Below are positions 23,901 through 32,900 of a stretch of 34,678 nucleotides of DNA, piece by piece (the first letter of the stretch is position 1; every line of letters begins with the position of its first letter). Below the pieces are notes generated by a model. That model saw nothing but the letters and a program-made list of their open reading frames with translations. It was not told where the DNA came from and searched no databases. The translations under genes were made by a program, and so were the position numbers. Origin of the DNA: Chiloscyllium plagiosum (lineage: Eukaryota); NCBI RefSeq assembly GCF_004010195.1, contig NC_057754.1, forward strand, positions 7,529,428-7,564,105. The letters run 5' to 3'.

Positions 23901-26900
23901 CAGATGGGGTTAGAATTTATAAACAGAATAAAAGGATAAATTAAAGGATCTAAATCTGAATGCAGATTGCTTTTGAAACAACAGATAAACAGAAGTGAAG
24001 AAGTATGATCCATTAGCAGTTATAGACAAATGGCTGCAGGATAATATGGTTTGAGTCCTGAATCTTGAAGGGCATTTTAGGAATGAAAGGAAAGTAGGAA
24101 AAGGTGAAGGGGTGGCTCTGTTCACTAACGATGGCACAAGCATAATAAAGCAGTGTGCCCTAAATTCAGGAAATCAGTTTGTGTTAACAGTAGATAGAAA
24201 TGATAAAGACAAGAAGTCACCTGTGGAAGTGGTTCAATGCCTTCCCAGCCCCCAGTAATGACACAGTAAGGTGGGGCATAAAGGAAGTAATGATGAAAGC
24301 ATGTCGGAAAGGCACAGTGATAATCATGGGAGATCTTAACCTACATGTTGACTGGAAAAGGGAGGGCAAGGTAAAGGTAGCCAAGATGAGGAGCTCATAG
24401 AATGTTTTCAGGATAGCTTCTTAGAACAGCACATTCTGGAGCCAACAGTACGACTGGTATTGTGCGATGAATTAATGATCTCACACTGAAGGTCGCAATG
24501 ACATAATGTTGTTGAATTTTATATTCAGTTTGAGGAAAAGTGGAGAGCTTATACTGAAGCTGGGTAGGGTGCTGGTGAGGCCACACCTGGAGGACTGTGT
24601 ACAACTTAGGTCTCCTTACTTGAGAAAGAATGTACTGATGCTGGAGGGAGTGCTGGGTGATTCTAGAGTTGAGGGGGTTGGCTTATGAGGAGAGACTGAG
24701 TAGACTGGGACTATACTCGTTGGAATTTAAAAGAATGAGGGTGATCTCATAGAAACATATAAAATTATGAAGGGAATAGATAAGACAGAAGCAGGGAGGT
24801 TGTTACCACTGATGGGTGGAACCAGAACGAGGGGCAAAGACTCAAAATAAGGGGGAGCAGATTTAGGACTGAGTTGAGGAGGAACTTCACCCAAAGGGTC
24901 GTGAATCTGTGGTATTCTCTGCCCAGTGAAGCTGTTGACGCTGCCTCAATGAATGTTTTTAAGGCAAAGGTAGATTTTTGAACAGTAAAGGAATTCAGGG
25001 TTATGGTGAGCAGGCAGGTAAGTGGAGCTGAGTTCATGGAAAGATCAGCCATGCTCTTATTGAAGGGCGGCACAATGGCTCAGTGGTTGGCACTACTGCC
25101 TCACAGCGCCAGGCAACCATCTGTGTGGAATTTGCATGTTCTCACCATGTCTGTGTGGGTTTCCTCTGGGTGCTCAGATATTCCTCCCACAATCCAAAGA
25201 TGTGCAGGTTAGGGTGGATTGGCTGTGCTAAATTGTCCCATAGTAACCAGGGATGTGCAGGTTAGGGTGGATTGGCCGTGCTAAATTGCCCCATCGTGCC
25301 CAGGGATGTGCAGGTTAGGGTGGATTGGCCGTGCTAAATTGTCCCATAGTGCCCAGGGATGTGCAGGTTAGGGTGGATTGGCCGTGCTAAATTGTCCCAT
25401 AGTGACCAGAGATGTGCAGGTTCGGGTGGATTGGCCGTGCTAAATTGTCCCATAGTGCCCAGGGATGTGCAGGTTAGGGTGGATTGGCCGTGCTAAATTG
25501 TCCCATAGTGACCAGGGATGTGCAGGTTAGGGTGGATTGGCCGTGCTAAATTGTCCCATAGTAACCAGGGATGTGCAGGTTAGGGTGGATTGACCGTGCT
25601 AAATTGCCCCATAGTGCCCAGGGATGTGCAGGTTAGGGTGGATTGGCCGTGCTAAATTACCCCATAGTGCCCAGGGATGTGCAGGTTAGGGTGGAATGGC
25701 CATGCTAAATTGCCCCATAGTGCCCAGGGATGTGCAGGTTCGGGTGGATTGGCCGTGCTAAATTGTCCCATAGTATAGGTGAGGTGCATTAGCCATGGGA
25801 AATTACAGGGTTACAGGGATAGGGTAGGGGGACAAGTCTGGATGGGATGCTCTTTGGAGGGTTCTGTATGGACCCATTGGGCTGAATGGTCTCTTTTCAC
25901 ACTGTAGGGATTCTATGGCGGAGCAGACCCGACAGTCCAGATGGCCTACTCCTGCTCCTGTTTCTTACATAGAACATAGATAGAACATCGAACAGTACAA
26001 CACAGAACAGGCCCTTCAGCCCACGATGTTGTGCCGACCATTGATCCTCATGTATGCACCCTCAAATTTCTGTGACTATATGCATGTCCAGGAGTCTCTT
26101 AAATGTCCCCAATGACCCTGCTTCCACAACTGCTGCTGGCAATGCATTCCATGCTCTCACAACTATCTGTCTAAAGAACCTTGGGCAATATGATTTTCTA
26201 TTCACAAAACCAGGTTGACTCTGCCTGATCACCTTGAACATGTCCTTGTGCCAGACAGAGCTTCTTTAATAATAGTTTATAACATCTGCCATAGGGAAAA
26301 TGTTAGGCTAAAAGGACTGTAGATTCCAATTTTGGTCATTCTTACTTTTTCTCTAATATTTTCTACAAGTCTTCTAACCTTCCACATATCTTTGCACAAT
26401 TACATTCTTTTTTTGAAACATTTGATACCATCTTTAATGTGGGCAGAGCGGTAGATGTGATCTATATGGACTTCAGTAAGGCGTTTGACAAGGTTCCCCA
26501 TGGAACACTGATTAGCAAGGTTAGATATCTTTAATGTGGGCAGAGCAGTAGATGTGATCTATATGGACTTCAGTAAGGCGTTTGACAAGGTTCCTCATGG
26601 AACACTGATTAGCAAGGTTAGATCTCACGGAATCCAGGGTGAACTAGCCATTTGGACACAGAACTGGCTCAAAGGTAGAAGACAGAGGGTGGTGGTGGAG
26701 AGTTGTTTTTCAGACTGGAGGCCTGTGACCAGTGGAGTGCCACAAGGATTGGTGCTGAGTCCACTCCTTTTCATCATTTGTGTAAATGATTTGGATGCGA
26801 GCGTAAGAGGTACAGTTAGTAAGTTTGCAGATGACACCAAAATTGGAGGTGTAGTGGACAGTGAAGAAGGTTACCTCAGATTACAATAGGATCTTGATCA

Positions 26901-29900
26901 GATGGGCCAATGGGCTGAGAAATGACAGATGGAGTTTAATTCACATAAATGTGAGGTGCTGCATTTTGGGTAAGCAAATAGTGAAGAAGGTGTTTGGTAT
27001 GCTTTCCTTTATTGGTCAGAGTATTGAGTACAGGAGTTGGGAGGTCATGTTGCAGCTGTACAGGACATTGGTTAGGCCATTGTTGGAATATTGCATGCAA
27101 TTCTGGTCTCCTTCCTATCGGAAAGATGTTGTGAAACTTGAAAGGATTCAGAAACGATTTATAAGGATGTTGCCAAGCTTGGAGAGTTTGAGCTATCGGG
27201 AGAGGCTGAATAGGCTGGGGCTACTTTCCCTTGAGCGTCAGAGGCTGAGGGGTGACCTTACAGAGGTTTGTAAAATCATGATGGGCAGGGATAGGGTAAA
27301 TGGACAAATTCTTTTCCCTAGGGTCGGGGAGTCCAGAACTAGAGGGCATAGGTTTAGGGTGAGAGGGGAAAGATACAAAAGAGACCTAAGGGGCAACCTT
27401 TTCACCCAGAGGGTGGTACGTGTATGGAATGAGCTGCCAGAGGAAGTGGTGGAGGCTGGTACAATTGCAACATTTAAGAGGCATTAGGATGAGTATATGA
27501 ATAGGAAGGGTTTGGAGAGATATGGGCCAAGTGCTGGCAGGTGGGACTAGATTAGGTTGGGATATCTGGTCGGCATGGACGGTTAGACCGAAGGGTCTGT
27601 TTCCATGCTGTACATCTCTATGACTCTGTGTAATGTGTGATGTGCCACAGGGATCGCTGCTAGGGCCTCAACTGTTCACAATTTACACAAATGACCTAAA
27701 TGAAGAAACAGAAATCGCGGTTGCCAAATTTGCTGATCACACAAAGATAGGTACGAAAGTAAGTTGTGAAGCGAGGTTAAGTGAATGGGCAAAGATCCGG
27801 CAAATGGAGTATAATGTGGGAATATGTGAAGTTGTATGTTTTTAAAAGGAAGAATGAAAACAAAGTATGTAAGTTCTTAGATACAGAGAGATCTGGGTGT
27901 ACTCGTGCAAGTACAACAAGTAACAAGGGAAACTAATAGAATGTTATCCCTTATTGTGAAGGAAGCTGAATGTAATTGTTACTGTCAGCCAGCTGGACAT
28001 CACAGAATAAATGTTCTCCGATTGGAGCAATCAGGGAGCCCCGGCTGACAGATAAAGAGGGTGAATGTCAGGGATATTGGGCCTCCCTGAATACCTGGCT
28101 TAGTGAGAGGCAGTGCTATTGTCAAAGGCTATGCATTTGTAAATAAAGGTTATGGGATGCCAGCCTGTGAAGAGTTTCAAGGCACTACTGAAACCATATC
28201 TAGCTAACTGCGTAGAGTAGTGGTCTCCTTATTTAAAGAAGGATGGAAATGTGTTCCAAGCAGCTCAGAGAAAGTTTACCAGCCTAATGTCTGGAACGAA
28301 TGAGTTTTCTTTTGAGGAGTGGTTGGACAGGCTGAATTTGTATCTTCTGACCATTAGATGAGCTAGAGGTGACTCGATTCAGCATATAAGATCCTGAGGG
28401 GTTTGGACAGGGTGGATGTGGAGAGGATGTTTCCTCTTGTAGGAGATTCTAGAAATAGGGTTGGCAACATCTATGGAGGAAGCAATCGAGTAGACTTTCT
28501 GATTCCAGTATGATATCGGACTGGTAGCGTTATATCTGTTTCCCTCTCTCTCTCTCTCCACACATGCTGCCAGACCTACTGAGTTCCTCCAGCATTCTCT
28601 TTGTCTTTCATATTTCCAGCCGTCCCAGTATTTCGCTTCTGCTAGAACTTGGATGACATGTAGAAAAACCTCATTGAAAACAGAGAAGAGGCAAAACCAT
28701 AATCTGTGTGGGGAGTCCTTCAAACACTCTTCCTCAAAAGGCAGTAGAAATAGAGCCCTCGAACATTTCAAAATCAGAGGTGGATATATTCTTGTTAAGC
28801 AAGGGGATTGAAAGGTTTGCAATTTTAAACCCAGCGGTTGGTCCTTCTAAGATATTCACTGTTTCTTCACAGCTTGGGGAGTCTGGGAGCAGGAAGTGAC
28901 TATGCACCCTTCTTCCATTATCTTGGGATCAGCTCCATGGACATTGCTTACACATACGACAAGGTAGGAGAAGCATCTTCTGTTTCCAGGTGAGCAGAGA
29001 TTCTCAACTGAGGGCCAGGTGCTGGGTGTGTTACTAAGGCCTGGCTTGTTGGTCAGCTTGATACCTGGATACAACTTTGGGGCTCTGAAGCTGTGGATGG
29101 TGCAGCCAAAGTCATGTTGTACAATATTGTTTGTAGGCACAGGCAAGTGTGTGATGTATTTCTGTGTACATGCTTTGGTACTTATATTCATTGGGACCAT
29201 CCAAGTGTGTGCTTGTTAATTATTTGTTCCAAGTGCCAGGGTGCGTTTATGTGTGTGTCATTGTGGATGTGTGTTATTGTAGGTGTTTCTCTATTTTGTT
29301 TCAGGAAGTATCGCTGTATTGTCAATGTGGGAGTGTTTTGGTGTAAGTGTGTCTATATGTTGTTGCTTTGGTGTGTGTGGTGTGGTTTATTTTTGTCCAG
29401 TGGCTGTTTCTACATATGCTGCAGTCAATTTCACTAACGTCTGCTGTCTCTGTTCCCACAACAGACAAAAACAAAAGCTCGAATCTACCCTGCTTACCAC
29501 ACAGGCTACGATACTTTCGATTATGCTTCTCGTTTCATTGACCCAGGTGTGTGTGACCTGTCCGGGTGGTGAATCCACCCCGACACCCAGGGGCTCAGAG
29601 CACAGGCAACAGGTGGTCAGGACTTGGGGCACCTTTGGGTGCATCCCAGCCGAGCCATTTACTGTCACAGAAACAATGTAGGAAAGAAATGGGGTCAGTA
29701 CTGAGGGAGTGCCATACTGCTGAGGCATGCTATACTGTCAGAGAGTCAGTGCTGAGGAATGCTATACTGTCAGAGGGTCAGTACTGAGGGAGTGCCGCAC
29801 TGTCAGAGGGTCAGTACTGAGGGAGTGCCGCACTGTCAGAGGGTCAGTCCTGAAGGAGTGCCGCACTGTGGGAGGGTCAGTGCTGAGGGAGCGCCGCACT

Positions 29901-32900
29901 GTCGGAGAGTCAGTACTGAGGGAGCGCCGCACTGTCGGAGGGTCAGTACTGAGGGAGTGCCGCACTGTGGGAGGGTCAGTACTGAGGGAGTGCCGCACTG
30001 TGGGAGGGTCAGTACTGAGGGAGTGCCACACTTCAAGAGGGTCAGTACTGAGGGAGCGCCGCACTGTTGGAGGGTCAGTACTGAGGGAGTGCCACACTGT
30101 CAGAGGATCCGTACTGAGAGAGCACTACACTACTGGAGAGTCAGTACTGAGGGAGTGCCGCACTGTCGGAGGGTCAGTGCTGAGGGAGTGCCGCACATTC
30201 GGAGGGTCAGTACTGAGGGAGGCCCACATTATCAGAGGGTCAGTACTGAGGGAGTGCCACATTGTCGGAGGGTCAGTGCTGAGGTAGTGCCGCGCTGTCG
30301 GAGGGTCAGTGCTGAGGGAGTGCCACACTGTCAGAGGGTCAGTACTGAGAGAGCACTGCACTATTCGAGAGTCAGTACTGAGGAAGCGCCGCACTGTTGG
30401 ATGGTCAGTACTGAGCGAATGCTGTGCTGCCAGAGGGTTAGTACTGAGGGAGCGCTGCATTGTCGAAGGGTCTGTGCTGAGGGAGTGTCGCACTGTCAGA
30501 GGGTCAGTATTTAAGTGATATGTCTAAATGACTTGGATGAAAGTGTGGATGGGTGGGTTATTAAGTTTGCTGGTGATACTAAGATTGGTCAAGTTGTGGA
30601 TGGTGTAGAAGGTTGTCAAAGGATATAGTGGGATAGAGATCAGTTGTAGATACGGGGGAGAAATGGCAGGTGGAGTTTAATCCGGTAAGTGTGAGGTGCT
30701 GCACTTTGTGAGATCAAGTGTTAAGGACAAGTATACAGTTAATGACAGGACCCTGCACAGCATTGATGTACAGTGGGGTGTTGGGGTTCAAGTCCATAGC
30801 TCCCTGAAAGTCGCCCCGTGAGTAGATAGGGTGGTAAAGAAGGCGTATGGCATGCTTGTCTTTATTGGTCGGGGAATTGAGTACAAGAGTCAGGATGCCA
30901 TGTTGCAGTTGTATAAGACTTTGGTTAGGCCACACTTACAGTATTACATTCAATTCTGGTCACCACATTACAGGAAGGATGTGGAGGTTTGGAGAGGGTG
31001 CAGAAGAGGTTTACCGGGATGCTGCCTGGATTGGAGGGTGTGAGCTATAAGGAGAGGCTGGAAAAACTCAGGGTGGTTTCTCTGGAGCAGCGGAGGCTGA
31101 GGGGAGGCTTGATAGAACTAGGGGGCATGCATTTCAGGTGAGGGGGTCAATGTTCAAAGGAGATGTGAGGGGCAAGTTTCTTACACAGAGTGTGGTAGGA
31201 GTGTGGAACACGCTGCCAAGGGTGGTGGTGGAGGCAGATACGATAGGAGTGTTTAAGAGACTTTTAGATAAGCACATGAATATGCAAGGAATGAAGGTAG
31301 GAGTGTTTAAGAGACTTTTAGATAAGCACATAAATATGCAAGGAACAGAGGGATATGGACCAAGGGAGGGCGGAAGGGATTAGTTGAATTTGGCATCATG
31401 TTCAGCACAACATGGTGAGCTGAAGGGCCCGTTTCTGTGCTGTATTGCTCTATGATCTAAGTGCCAAATGGAGACTTTTTCTTTCAACCAGTGTTGTCCT
31501 TGAATGGTGTCTGTGATTTGGAAGTTGTGGTGGACTGTCTATATCTTCCCCTGAGGGGTAATTGATGACAGTGTGGTAACAGCATCATATACAGAGTTTG
31601 CCATTCCAGTGAGGCCAGCAAGCACCATGGAGCTAAGATGTAGTCTCCTGTCTCTCAGCCCCATTTCCTGGGCACTTCAGTCTGCTAGCAGCATGTTCTG
31701 CTCCCAAACATTGGTGTACTCCTTTTTATTTACCTGCCCACGGCCTCCTCACCGCCCAGGCTCATCCTCTGACTTTTCCACCTTTCAGGTTTCACCAGCC
31801 ACCAGACAGTCGGTAGGACAGCAGGCAATGTCTTAATGCGGCTGGCTGACAGTGTCATCCTCCCTCTCAATATCAGAGACTACAGCGAGGCCATCGACCA
31901 GCTCTACAACACAGCAGAGAGGGACTTCGCTCCAGAGCTCCTGAGGCAGAATATCTCCCTGGGTTAGTATTAGTACGAGGGGACACATACCAAATGGCTG
32001 CAGAGTCATATCTCCAGCTAGTCCCCTAATGTACTCACCAAGTCACAGCCCAGTTGATCACTCACTTGTGCTGGTCATGGGATGTGACTCTGATCTTGGG
32101 GCACACAAACGTACCAGTTAGGAGCTGAATTTGACCACTTGGCTCAGTCATTCAATGAGATCAGAAGATCTCCACATTCCCGCTCACTCTAAATAACCTT
32201 CCCATCGCTCCTTATCACAAATCTGTCTGTGTCTCTCAAAAGGCACTGCTTCCTCTGCCTTTTGAGGAAAAGTGTTCCGTAGGTGAGCTCTTATTTTGAA
32301 AGTGACCACTCATTCTGGATTTTTCTCCAAGAGGAAATATCCTCTCGTATCTACACGGTCAAGACCCCTCAGGATCGTATATGTTTCAATCAGGTCAGCT
32401 CTTACTTGTCCAAACCCCAGTGAATATAAGCCCAACCTTTCCACATAAGGTAGGCGAACGTGAGGACTGCGGATGCTGGAGATTAGAGTCAAGATTAGAG
32501 TGGTGCTGGAAAAGCACAGCAGGTCAGGCAGCATCCGAGGAGCAGGAAAATCGACATTTTGGGCAGGAGCCCTTCATTAGGAAGGATGAGGAACTCTTTC
32601 GTCATAAGATAACCCACCCAGTCCAGGAATTATTCTGGTAAACTTTCTCAGAACTGAAGGGCTGTGCGCAGTATTCCAGATGCAGTCTCACAAGTGCCCT
32701 GTATAATACCGTAACTAAAATAACTCCACACAGGCTGGTGTCCTGTCACAAAGTCACCCTTTGTTTACATCTGGAGAGACCCTGACACTGATCCAGCTCC
32801 CTCAGAGCCAGCTCTCAGAGTGAGCAGGATGTCTGATACTCCTGTTTATTTTTTTGTTGTTGTGAATGGAACCCCTGACACTCCTGGTTGGTCATTTTTT

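Noticed and set aside
25199..25774. Interstitial telomeric repeat
   Set aside because: Only one TTAGGG per 53-bp unit, and the hexamer is also present in the unexpanded SINE copy at 23460.
26536..27487. Active reverse transcriptase gene
   Set aside because: 5'-truncated, with a stop at 26887-26889 and an internal deletion near 26975; a dead CR1 copy.
29727..30514. Long ORFs with 11-aa periodicity ([33 protein letters not shown]) in all three arrays
   Set aside because: A by-product of a 33-bp unit lacking stops in several frames; open on both strands, frameshifted by variant units, with no splice or domain support.
32437..32608. TSD around the short Penelope element (ctttccacataag versus ctttcgtcataag)
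   Set aside because: Imperfect and offset from the element ends by extra bases; not firm enough to call.
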